From Obrimoposthia wandeli (lineage: Eukaryota), in assembly GCA_977020255.1 (NCBI GenBank), contig CDROCS010003949.1, positions 372,001 through 436,000 of the forward strand: DNA of 64,000 nucleotides, given 5' to 3'. This document shows positions 41,049-50,531 of this stretch, one piece after another (position 1 is the stretch's first letter; every line of letters begins with the position of its first letter). The notes under the pieces are model-generated. The model did no database searches. It had not been told where the DNA came from and saw nothing but the letters and a program-made list of their open reading frames with translations. The position numbers and the translations under genes are program-made.

Positions 41049-41454
41049 CTGTTAAATATTTTTTATATTCGAAGCTATATACGAATTTATTTACTTCGAA
41101 CTACAGAGTTGATTAATTTATTAACTTCTATTTTTAGCTGTTTCTTTTTTTCTCGTTCTCGTGGATTTTACTTTTACTTTGCGTTTACGTTTTACTATCA
41201 AATTTTTAAAAGGTATTGCAAGTTTATTTGTTATAATGGTTCTCTGTTTGTTTATAAACAGTTACTCCCTTTTAATTAAGTATATATATGTTGGGAATGA
41301 GAAAATATATTTGTTTTTTTGGTAATTTAAAATATAGAATTTTTGTATTAATTATTTTTGGTGAAAAAATATTAATTTTTAGTTTCAATTATTTCCTTAA
41401 TTAAAATTAAAAATCTTAATGCACTTTGTAATTTTTGTTATCTTTTTGTTGTTT

Positions 41455-41675
41455 CAGTCCCCGACCGGCTTAACCGGTTTCGCCTTGTCGGGTTCTTCAG
41501 CGGGACGGCAGATTTATCTCTGGCTTCGCGGTGGGCAAAATGCCCGCGAAGTCAGAGATAAAAAAGAAAAATAGATTAGAAGAACACTTACCTGCATAAA
41601 GTCGTCCAGGTTGCACAGAGCTACCCCACTTCCGCGATCTGCCTTGGCGCGGGAAGCAGAGCTCCGGACCTCCTT
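41455..41675 (-). mobile_element. GC-rich structured element (Penelope-like pseudo-LTR or retrozyme-like), split by element C and continuing at ~51747-51960
   Basis: Abrupt GC-rich island with a hammerhead-like motif, a ~24-bp hairpin (41513-41562) and a minus-strand GTAAGT donor; similar composition continues on the other side of the CTCCTT TSD. Confidence 0.45.
41457..41506 (-). ncRNA. Type I hammerhead ribozyme-like motif (probably decayed)
   Basis: Minus strand GTCCCG-CTGAAGA-ACCCGACAAGGC-GAAA-CCGG TTAAG CCGG-TC-GGGGAC: intact core, 5-bp stem III, GUC cleavage triplet, 5-bp stem I; mismatches at the 10.1/11.1 and 1.1/2.1 pairs. Confidence 0.6.
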
Positions 41676-41767
41676 AGTAGGTGGATGTGTCCGGTCTAAT
41701 CCACACCCACCCCTACTGTCCTTTAAAACCGTGTAGGTGTGTGGAGTGAAATTTCGTGTATGTGTGT
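41676..41767 (+). repeat. Left TIR of element C
   Basis: Inverse of 51645-51740. Confidence 0.95.
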
Positions 41768-42069
41768 CTCCATTCCACTCAAAGGGGGGAAGGAAGGGGT
41801 ACCCCCCCCACCATATTTGTTAAACTTTTACCATGAATCTCAAAAGTGGTTAGAGAAGACCACGAGAATCCATATTGACCCCGACGGCTTTTCGCAGACG
41901 AGATTTCAAATATTACTACTATTTTTAAGAAAGATTTTAGATTAATAAATTACTACATGTTAAATATCTATGTCAGTTTTAGAATTTAGAGGAGAAAAAT
42001 CGGTCAGATCTATATAATTTAGAGAAGCAAAAACAAAATACGAGACAAAATTATTTTTCAAAATATTTA

Positions 42070-42475
42070 TTAAACATAAAACAACATATTGGCTTCACTC
42101 AAAGTCCAGAGAGGCTGCATTTTCCCGTCATCAGCAAAATATCCATTCAGACGTATTGAGATATTCCATAGTTCTTCATCTAGAATTGGAGCAATCAAAT
42201 ATCCTAGATCATCTTTAAAATCCAGACTGGGATCAGTTTCAAGCTCGAAACAATTTCCTTCATATACATAATCAGGAATGTAAAATCCCAAAATATTTTT
42301 CAGTTGATCAAAATCAGTTGTTGTTAAAATTTCGATGAGATATTTTTTCTCCACTTTTGATATTTTCACAGGATTCATAACTAGTAAAAATTTGATGCCT
42401 CTTTAATATAATACATAGTTTTCTTTTTGAAATTCTTTCTGGATAATAAAAATTTGCTACACATCTCTTATCCAT
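42070..42475 (-). pseudogene. Unknown Polinton accessory gene, one frameshift near 42380
   Basis: MDKRCVANFYYPERISKRK... (ATG 42475, TATAAACA box 37 nt upstream) continues into the 102-codon ORF 42070-42378. Confidence 0.55.
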
Positions 42476-42707
42476 TCTAAAATAAGGAAACTGATTAAAA
42501 ACAATGTTTATAAAAAAGACACATAAGATACAAATAAGATACAAATAAAACTGATTATTAAATGAAAGAAACATAGTAAAACCGATTACAATTTATTACA
42601 CACAAAAGTTAAAACATAGAAATATGAGCACGTTCAATTTTCCACATTGGCAACTTTGTTCCCATTTCATCTTTCTTGTAACCATAAAGTCGAATTGTTA
42701 GAGTCCA

Positions 42708-43085
42708 TTACTTCTTTTTCGGAAACGCATCAATATCAACATATCTTCCATAGTCATCTAGAAATGCTTCATCGGCTCCTCGGATATAAAATTCGTTCTT
42801 ATTGAAAGTAAAATTCGGAACTGCCTTTTCTATTTTCTGTTTAAGATATTGAAAATCAGGTTTTTGAATACCTGATAGATAGTAGCTGAACTTTCTTCTT
42901 TCAATTGTCACAGGATTTACTAAAGCAATCAGCTGAGCCTTCTTCAAGAATCTGACTTTGTATTTGAAATATTGTTTCACTTCTTCATACATATCCTTAT
43001 CCGATTCTTCAAACATTTCTTCGTCATCGCTTAATACCCGTTGGCTATCATCCATTGTTGATAATTGTCTTTGATATGAATGCAT
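42708..43085 (-). CDS. Unknown Polinton accessory protein (125 aa, acidic N-terminus)
   Basis: Open ORF; TATAAAAG 38 nt upstream on the minus strand (43123-43116). Confidence 0.7.
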   Translation of the reverse strand: MHSYQRQLSTMDDSQRVLSDDEEMFEESDKDMYEEVKQYFKYKVRFLKKAQLIALVNPVTIERRKFSYYLSGIQKPDFQYLKQKIEKAVPNFTFNKNEFYIRGADEAFLDDYGRYVDIDAFPKKK

Positions 43086-43334
43086 TTACTGTGATTTGTC
43101 CTCCAATGGCGCATTCTTTTATACTAATTTCTAACAAAGACATGAATCTCATTGGTTAATATAACTAAAGCATTGAATTTGATTGGACTAAATCTATATT
43201 AAAAATCAAAATTGATTGGAAGAAATATATCATCCAATTATAATAGGTTTGCAAGATAATTACAAGAAACGTGCAATAAAAAAGCAGGTTCAGACATATA
43301 TAAAGAAGATTTTACAGAATACAATTTCAGTCTA
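43086..43334. promoter_or_regulatory. Bidirectional Pol II-type promoter
   Basis: Outward-facing TATA boxes (43123-43116 minus; 43299-43305 plus), Inr-like TCAGTC at 43327-43332, and five CCAAT/ATTGG boxes (43103, 43151, 43182, 43215, 43234). Confidence 0.6.
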
Positions 43335-43822
43335 ATGAAACTCGTAAATATAAATTATAAAGGTAGAACAGAAGATGATGTTTCGTACTTACCATTCAAT
43401 GAATGGAAGCCGAGACAATATGTAGAAAAGTTTGACAATTTCACAGTTGTTATTTTTCCTACAGGTTAGTTTTTTATTTTATTTTTATATTGAATTCTTT
43501 AGGAAATTGTCGTGTTATGGGATGCAAAATACCAATGCTTGGGTTCAATTTACCATTTGGAATTCAAATCACTGCAATACAATCAATCACGATTTCGGCT
43601 AATCTCGGGAAACAGATAAATCTTTTTAAAACTGCAGAGAAAATGAAAGAAGAATGCATGTTTGAACCAGAAATTTTTCCTGCTCTCAGTTATTTGAAGT
43701 TTAAACCGCTATGTGTAAATATATTTTCCAGTGGTAAAGTTATGATATTGGGATTGAAAAATTTTGATTATCCAGACATAGTTGATTTGATTTTAGAAAA
43801 TATATCTTATTACATCTTGTAA
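43335..43822 (+). CDS. TATA-binding-protein-like protein (~149 aa, 2 exons: 43335-43464, 43503-43822)
   Basis: A 38-nt GT-AG phase-1 intron joins TVVIFPT-G-NCRVMG; second half FEPEIFPALSY...VNIFSSGKVMILG matches TBP repeat 2 (YEPELFPGLIY...LLIFVSGKVVLTG). Confidence 0.85.
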
Positions 43823-43865
43823 TCTTTTTTCTATAAACAAACCCCGTTTAAACTTATTGTTTCAA

Positions 43866-44138
43866 ATGAATAATACTATAAATAGAGACAATGAAGTGGA
43901 TCGGCTTGCCGATGAAATATTTTCTGGAAAAATTAGGGGTAAAGAAATTTTATCAGAATTAAAAAATAATGATATAACAAGAGATAACATTGAAATATTG
44001 GTTAGATCACACGTTATTCGAGAATTTAGAAATCGTACACAAATAAATAAAATTATAGCCAAATATTCATTAATTAATTTTTGTATTTCATCTACAATAG
44101 CTCTAACATTGTACATTTCAATAAGGAAACTTCTATGA
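43866..44138 (+). CDS. Unknown small protein with a hydrophobic C-terminal segment (90 aa)
   Basis: Open ORF; YSLINFCISSTIALTLYISI could be a membrane anchor; TATAAACA 34 nt upstream. Confidence 0.6.
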   Translation: MNNTINRDNEVDRLADEIFSGKIRGKEILSELKNNDITRDNIEILVRSHVIREFRNRTQINKIIAKYSLINFCISSTIALTLYISIRKLL

Positions 44139-44175
44139 TAATATAAACAATATTAAAAATGAAAGAGTATATGCA

Positions 44176-44823
44176 ATGGAGCTAAATAATAATGCTGTAT
44201 TTCAAATAGTTGGCCCAAGTGGAAGTGGAAAGACACATTTCGTCTGTAAATTGTTGCAAAATGAATCTCTTTTCAAATCTAGTTTCAAAAATATTTATTG
44301 GCATCATAGTGGAGGAGTGGAAAGCGGGTTAACCAAAACAAAAGTTTGCAAGTTGAAGGATATAAAATTTATTGAAGGATTTGATGCAAATTGGTGTGAA
44401 AGATTGAAAAAAGAAGATGTAATAATAATTGATGATTTGTATGAGGAGGCTAACAAGGAATCGGACGTTAATAATTTATTTACAAAGATTGCAAGACATT
44501 GTGAAGTTACAGTTATATTTATCACTCAAAATCTGTTTCACCAAGGAGGTCACCATAGAACAAGAAATCTTAATGTACATTACTTAGTTTTATTTAAAAA
44601 TCCTAGAGATCAAACAGTTGTTGATTTTGTGGCCAGACAGGCATTTCCTCAAAATAAGAACTTTCTAAATGATTCATTCCACGATGCTGCTAAACAAGCA
44701 CATGGGTATATATTTATTGACTTTACACAAGCTTGCCCAGATGATTTACGTGTTTTAACAGACATATTTAATTCTAAGGGAGTAACTGTTTATAAACAAA
44801 TAGAGAACAATTATAAAAAATAA
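44176..44823 (+). CDS. A32/FtsK-like DNA packaging ATPase (element C)
   Basis: Walker A GPSGSGKT, Walker B VIIIDD, ITQNLF, HYLVLFKNPRD. Confidence 0.95.
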   Translation: MELNNNAVFQIVGPSGSGKTHFVCKLLQNESLFKSSFKNIYWHHSGGVESGLTKTKVCKLKDIKFIEGFDANWCERLKKEDVIIIDDLYEEANKESDVNNLFTKIARHCEVTVIFITQNLFHQGGHHRTRNLNVHYLVLFKNPRDQTVVDFVARQAFPQNKNFLNDSFHDAAKQAHGYIFIDFTQACPDDLRVLTDIFNSKGVTVYKQIENNYKK

Positions 44824-44830
44824 ATTCGCA

Positions 44831-44971
44831 ATGCCTTTTACAAAGTTGATAGTAAAACGTAAAGTAAAATCTAAGAAATCAAAAAAAAGAATCATTAAGA
44901 AAAAAGAAGTGAAAAAATTAATCAAATCTGTAGTTAAAAATAAAAAAAAACTTAAATGGCTTCGAATATAA
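44831..44971 (+). CDS. 46-aa Lys-rich basic peptide (putative DNA-condensing core protein)
   Basis: MPFTKLIVKRKVKSKKSKKRIIKKKEVKKLIKSVVKNKKKLKWLRI; not in the supplied ORF track; homologous to the N-terminus of ORF 54169-54597. Confidence 0.65.
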   Translation: MPFTKLIVKRKVKSKKSKKRIIKKKEVKKLIKSVVKNKKKLKWLRI

Positions 44972-45001
44972 ACAATATTTAAATTGAACCTTTTTATTAA
45001 A

Positions 45002-45331
45002 ATGAAGAAAATACAAAGAAGCATACCCTATTTTAAAGCTTTAGTCAAAGCCTCTTCTAATAAGAGAATGATTATTCTTAAAGCATTCCCATCCTTTGTT
45101 GTAGATGATTTATTGGAAGTTTTATATAATATAGTTTTGGGTCGAGTAAAAGTTGGAAATCGGAAAAATATATTAAAGAAATATAGAAAAACTCTTATAG
45201 ATATTGCTAATGTAAAAAGTAAAAAAAGGAAACGAAATATTATTCTTAAACAGAATGGTGGTTTCATAGGGGCTGTTATTCCAGTTGTTGCTTCAATTAT
45301 CAGTAGTATTATAGCTGCGACACGTTCATAA
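45002..45331 (+). CDS. Basic virion protein with a C-terminal QxGG-amphipathic helix
   Basis: Ends KQNGGFIGAVIPVVASIISSIIAATRS; homolog at 54169-54597. Confidence 0.8.
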   Translation: MKKIQRSIPYFKALVKASSNKRMIILKAFPSFVVDDLLEVLYNIVLGRVKVGNRKNILKKYRKTLIDIANVKSKKRKRNIILKQNGGFIGAVIPVVASIISSIIAATRS

Positions 45332-45359
45332 ACAATTATTTCTAAAATCAGCTAAAGAT

Positions 45360-45578
45360 ATGGGTGCTAGCCCTTCTTTACCTAAACTTAAATTTTCTTT
45401 CTATTCAAATTGTTGTAATGGAGAAGATATGGTTCAATCCAAAAGATCCAATTGGCTACACAGGAGTTTCAAAATTAGCAAAAAGAACAAAACAAAATTA
45501 CAAGAAAACGCAGAAATGGCTGAGCGATTAGTTAGCCTACAGTATGAACAAGCCGATGAGAAGAAGGTTTCCAACTAG
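45360..45578 (+). CDS. Overprinted ORF with an N-myristoylation-like start, overlapping the integrase 5' end (72 aa)
   Basis: MGASPS...SNCC; conserved counterpart at 54640-54873; CATAAACA box 33 nt upstream. Confidence 0.6.
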   Translation: MGASPSLPKLKFSFYSNCCNGEDMVQSKRSNWLHRSFKISKKNKTKLQENAEMAERLVSLQYEQADEKKVSN

Positions 45579-46446
45579 AGCTTACAAAACCAGCGGTCCT
45601 AATAATTTATGGCAAATGGATTTGATGGTGATGATCCCATATTCTTCCATTAATAAGGGATATCGATATATTTTAACATGTATTGATGTATTTAGCAGGT
45701 TTGCTCGTGCAATTCCAGTTAAAGCAAAGTCTTCAATAGCTATGCTTGAAGCCATTAAAGAAATATTAAAAGAGGACATTCCACAAAATGTGCAAACTGA
45801 TTTAGGAAAAGAATTTTATAATAAGCAAGTTCAATCATTATTTAAACAAAATAATATAAATCATTACTCTGTGTTTTCACAATAAAAAGCAGCAGTAGTA
45901 GAAAGATTTAATCGTACTCTAAGAGATCGAATAAAAAAGTATTTCACAAAAGAAGGAAATAAAAAATGGATCCAAGTTTTACCTAAAATAATACATGCAT
46001 ATAATCACTCTGAACATAGAGGTCTCAAGGGAATGAGACCTGTTGATGTTACTAATAAAAACTATATGGACATTTGAATGAACAGGAATAAAAAAGATAA
46101 AATTAAAAAAGCTAAATATAAGAAAAACGAATATGTTCGAATTTCGAAAATTAGCTCTTCTCCATTTATTAAAAACTTTGATCAGAATTGGAGCGATGAA
46201 ATATTTTGTATAAGTAAAATTGATCAAAAGAGTAATCCAATAATGTATACTATTAAAGATGCTGACAATAATATCGTTCACGGTAAATTTTACGAGCAAG
46301 AACTACAAGTAATATCAAATAAACCTAGCGTTTTCCGTATTCAAAAAATATTAAAATCTAAAGGTACAGGTAAACATAAACAATACTTTGTTAAATGGCA
46401 TGGTTATTCAGATCCAACTTGGATATCAGCATCTAATATAATATGA
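45418..46446 (+). pseudogene. Retroviral-like (rve) integrase with C-terminal chromodomain, premature stops (element C)
   Basis: MEKIWFNP, WQMDL, LTCIDVFSR, QTDLGKEFYN, VERFNRTL, YFVKWHGY; stops at 45529, 45883 and 46075. Confidence 0.93.
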
Positions 46447-47493
46447 ATTCTATGTATATGGTTTTACCAAGTAACGGATGTCCGAAGACTCAACCAGATA
46501 ATGACGCTAGTAGCTTTATTATCGATTGGGAAAATTCTATAAATCTCCAAGGATAATGGGAAGCGGCTTTAACAGACTTTCCTTTTTATTATTCTCCAAT
46601 TACTATCAAAAAAAACTCACATATTTCGTTTACAAAAGAAGTTGATCATGAAAAAACACCTGAAGTTGTGAAGTTGTAAAGGACAATTCTATTACAATTG
46701 TATAGATAAAGAAGTGAAAGTAATATTTGAAAATAACAAAGTCAGATTTAAAAATCGATTAAAATTTCTTCAAGTTATTAAAATTAATTTTGAATCTAAA
46801 AAAGAAGCTCTTCAATTCAGTTTTGATAGTGAACAAACAGTAGCTCGTAATAAACGGGATATTATCTCATCTAATTCGGTTAGAAATGTTCCTGGTAGAG
46901 TAGCAAAAGTGTTGTTACTTGAAACGAGACCAAAGACTGTAGTGGAACTGAAAACGTTTTCAAAAGATTATAAAATAGATAGTGAAGTGAATTTCTGTAA
47001 ATTAATACAGAAGGAATGTAGTGAATATTTGGATAAATGTGAAACATTAAATGGTAAATTAATGTTTACAGTAAAGAGCAATATAAAACGAGTTTCATTT
47101 GATGATAAACTCGCTAAAAACCTTGGTTTAAACAGAAATACCTTTGAAACCCATACAATAAAAACCATAAAAGCTAAAAATAAGGCAAAGCTTTTAAATG
47201 CTGTTAATCATTTATATATTTATACTAATTTAATAGAACCAACGCTTGTAGGAGGACAGCGAGTTCCACTTTTGAGAACAATATGGATATCTAAAAATGA
47301 AACTAGAGATGGGGACACTGTCGGTATGTGTATAGATCAACCAATGTATCTTCCAGTTTCTCTCTTTTCTATAAACAATATTGAAGTAAATATTAGAGAT
47401 GATTCCGGACAACTAATAGATTTCACGTACGGGGCCAAGACAAGTTTAACAATACATTTAAGAAAACAAAATGGCGAATCCAGCAATAATTGA
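46443..47493 (+). pseudogene. Minor capsid / penton-like protein, frameshifted (element C)
   Basis: MYMVLPSN start, WEAAL, YIYTNLIEP..VGG...PLLRTI, INNIEVNIRD...G, LTIHLRK. Confidence 0.88.
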
Positions 47494-47848
47494 AGCTTAT
47501 AGTCAAAGCCAACAAGGTGGAGAATTACCATATTTTGTTGGTAAACAATACGAATCTGGCTGGCTTAGAACATTAGGTAGATTTGCCTTTCCTCTTTTAA
47601 AGAGACTCTGGCGATTTATATCAAAATTAGGAAAGGATTACCTTTCATCTAATGACAATAAACTAATACCAACTTTTAAGAAGCATGCGCTTGATGAACT
47701 TGATAATGTTTTACCTGAAGTTGCTAATTTGATTAGAAAACGTAAATCAAATAAAAGCCAAGGAGGTAGTGGATTTAAAAGTAAAAAGAAGCTAAAAATT
47801 AATATAAACAAACGTAAGAAAGTTGAAGGAACAATATTTGCAAAATGA
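47471..47848 (+). CDS. Virion core/cement-type protein between penton and MCP (125 aa)
   Basis: QQGGELPYFVGKQY.SGW...LGRFAFPLLK, basic C-terminus; conserved in B and D. Confidence 0.85.
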   Translation: MANPAIIEAYSQSQQGGELPYFVGKQYESGWLRTLGRFAFPLLKRLWRFISKLGKDYLSSNDNKLIPTFKKHALDELDNVLPEVANLIRKRKSNKSQGGSGFKSKKKLKININKRKKVEGTIFAK

Positions 47849-49074
47849 GTTGCGCCAAAACTGAATTATGTATTTTTGATAAACCGCTTCCACAAGTAGT
47901 TGTAGATAATGCTTCCTTTGAAGAAATATTCCTTGTTAACTCAGTTTCAGGAACCACTTTAACCGATTTAGAATTTAATATTAATGGTTCCAATAGCGAG
48001 TATTTAGATTTGAATGATACTTTGCTTTATGTTCAAATAAAAGTATTAAATCGGGATGGTACAAATTTAGATGAAAATGCCGATGTAACACCTATAAATT
48101 ATATATTTAATTCTTTATTTAATGATGCCATTGTTACTCTTAATAATGTCAAAATTGAAGGTGGAAATTCTTCCTATGCTCATAAAGCTTTGATTGAAAG
48201 TCTTTTGAATTATAGTACTGATACTCAAAATACTAATTTGGCAACCATTGGTTATGATAAAACTGATGCAATTCGCAAAGAATGGATTGCAGGTTCTAAA
48301 GCTTACGAAATGTGTGGGTCTTTGAGATTGAATTTATTTGAACAACCGAAATATTTAATTCCCGGTGTTAATGTACATCTTCGTTTGAAACGTAATAAAT
48401 GGAATTTTTCTTTGAAAAGCACGGACATTCTAAAACCTAGACTTGATATTTTGGATGCAAAATTGTATGTTTGAAGAGTTAAAACCGAGCAATCAGTTTT
48501 AATGGCACATAATATAGGAATGGAAAAAAACAATGCTTGTTATCCTATTAGAGAAACTAAACTTATATCTTATTCTTTAGGTACGGGTACACAAGCTTTT
48601 AATAAGGATCAAATTTTTGGTGATGTATGATTACCGAAATTCATTTTAATTTCTTTTCAAAAAACTGCAAAGTTTCTAGGAAATTATACGACAGATGCAA
48701 CTCAATTTGACAATCTTAATGTTGGTTCAGTGACACTTTCAAGAAATACTGATTATCGTGAAACATATAAAACAGAATTCGAAGGTAACGCTTATGCTTT
48801 GGCTTATACCCAATCTATTATTCGAAATTTGGGTCAACTAGATAAAAATATAAACAATGGTATTTCTTTCACTGACTTTAAAAACAGCTGCCCGTTCTTC
48901 ACATTTGTTTTGGCACCAGACTTTGATATAAACCAATGTCAACTACCAAAGAATGGAAATTTACGACTAGAAATTAAGTTCAATGCAGCTTTAACAAATC
49001 CTACTACGGTGCTTATTTACGGAGTATTTGATTCGGAAATACAAATCAATAAAAACAGAACTGTCATATTATAG
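47845..49074 (+). pseudogene. Double jelly-roll major capsid protein, two in-frame TGA stops (element C)
   Basis: One frame throughout: ELCIFDKP, YLDLNDTLL, QPKYLIPGVNVHLRL, FTFVLAPDFD, GNLRLEIKF; stops at 48472 and 48628. Confidence 0.92.
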
Positions 49075-49075
49075 A

Positions 49076-49456
49076 ATGGAGTAAGACATATTTTAAATTT
49101 ATATTTATTAATTTTTATTTAGTTCAAAACAAGTAAAAGAATCAGCAGAGAAGGTCCTGGGTGATAAATTCAATGGAGTTTATCCTATTGATATGATTCC
49201 ATTTTTTCAATCTGGAGGTTACATTATCAATACTCATACTTCGAATTTACCAGGAGAACATTGGATAGCTATTTATGTTAGAGAGTGGACAATACATGTA
49301 TTTGATCCACTTGCAATGTATTATCCACACAAACTTGTTTCAACTATTCAAAAAGGACGAAGAAGAGTATTTTACAACAAGATACAATATCAGGATCCTG
49401 CGACGAGAAACTGTGGACATTTATGTATTTTATGGTTATCGTTGCAAAACAATTAG
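49076..49456 (+). CDS. Adenain-like maturation protease, 2 exons (49076-49080, 49123-49456)
   Basis: ATG GA|GTAAGA...TTTAG|T TCA gives MDSKQVKES...; catalytic H (GEHW), D (FDP), Q and C (NCGHLC). Confidence 0.9.
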
Positions 49457-49729
49457 TGTTATAAAAATAAAAATTTTAAATGTTTTATTTTGAATTATTT
49501 TTTAAATTTCTAAAAATATAAGGGTAAAATAATAAAAGACATAAGACAATTTTTTTTAATACATTTATTAATCACAACATCACAATGAGATATGTCAGCA
49601 AAGATAAGGCATAATAAATAAGGTCCATCCTAAAAAAGTATTGAAATAACAAATAAGTTAGAGTCTAAGTGCCATAAGGATCTAAAATTTTAAAAAACTA
49701 AACTAAAAAAATCAAAAAATGAAAACCGT

Positions 49730-50530
49730 TTAAATTCTGAAGTGTCCATAAGCCAGGCTAGCGTTCTTTTCTACCCAAAAGCGCTTGTCATCATTACTAC
49801 TCAAAGCGATTTTGGTTGATTTATGGGAATACAGTTGATGGGCTCTTGAAATAAATCTAGTTTGCTCAACGCTTTCAATACACCCAGTATCATAAACTTT
49901 CTGGTAGGTGTCATGTGTAAGATTGTTTCTTCCCACACCCTTTGCTCTCATTGAACATGTATTATTAGATGCATGTAAACTGTAGCATTTAGGGCGTAGG
50001 AAAATACAATCATCATACGAAACCTGTCCCTCGCTTTCATCCTTAAATTTCCCGATAATGTTCTTTAAACTCATAGAGTGTAGAGGATGGTTAGCGGGAT
50101 ATTTATGGGTATCTAGTAAGTTGTCCCTAAACATTGCTGGTAATAATTGATTATTTAAACTAACATTCCTACATTCTAAAAAGAAAGAGTCAGTGTCCCC
50201 AGCTGCGATTTTAATCTCAAAATTAAATTCTTGTCGGTATTTCTCCAATTCTATGTATTGAAGCTCATACATTCTGAGTTTAGAAATGTCTAAAACCGTT
50301 TGACCTATATAACTCGGTCGATCGAGACAAATACTCTGTTTTCCTAATAACACTGCTACCAAGTCATCTGCAATTGTAAAACTACGCTTGAAGTTGTACT
50401 TGCTAGTATATGTTATTAGTTTACGCTCATCATTTTAAAACCGTAGACAAATACGTTTCTGCAAGTCCTCTACAGTTTTTCCAAAGAGACTATTACTTTT
50501 TAACTTGTAAAAATCTCGATCGAATTAGAG
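49730..50530 (-). pseudogene. polB: 3' fragment of protein-primed PolB (element C)
   Basis: DRPSYIGQ, AAGDTDS, GKFKDE, FLRPKCY, MRAKGV, DDKR; the 5' part is absent. Confidence 0.92.
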
Positions 50531-50531
50531 C

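Larger units (their letters stand above)
27389..41450. mobile_element. Decayed Polinton element B (one TIR; interrupted by an LTR retrotransposon; truncated on the right)
   Basis: Degenerate TIR AGTAAGTGGATGTGTTCTGTCTAAT at 27389; PolB (+) converges with protease, MCP, core, penton and integrase (-), the mirror image of element C. Confidence 0.8.
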
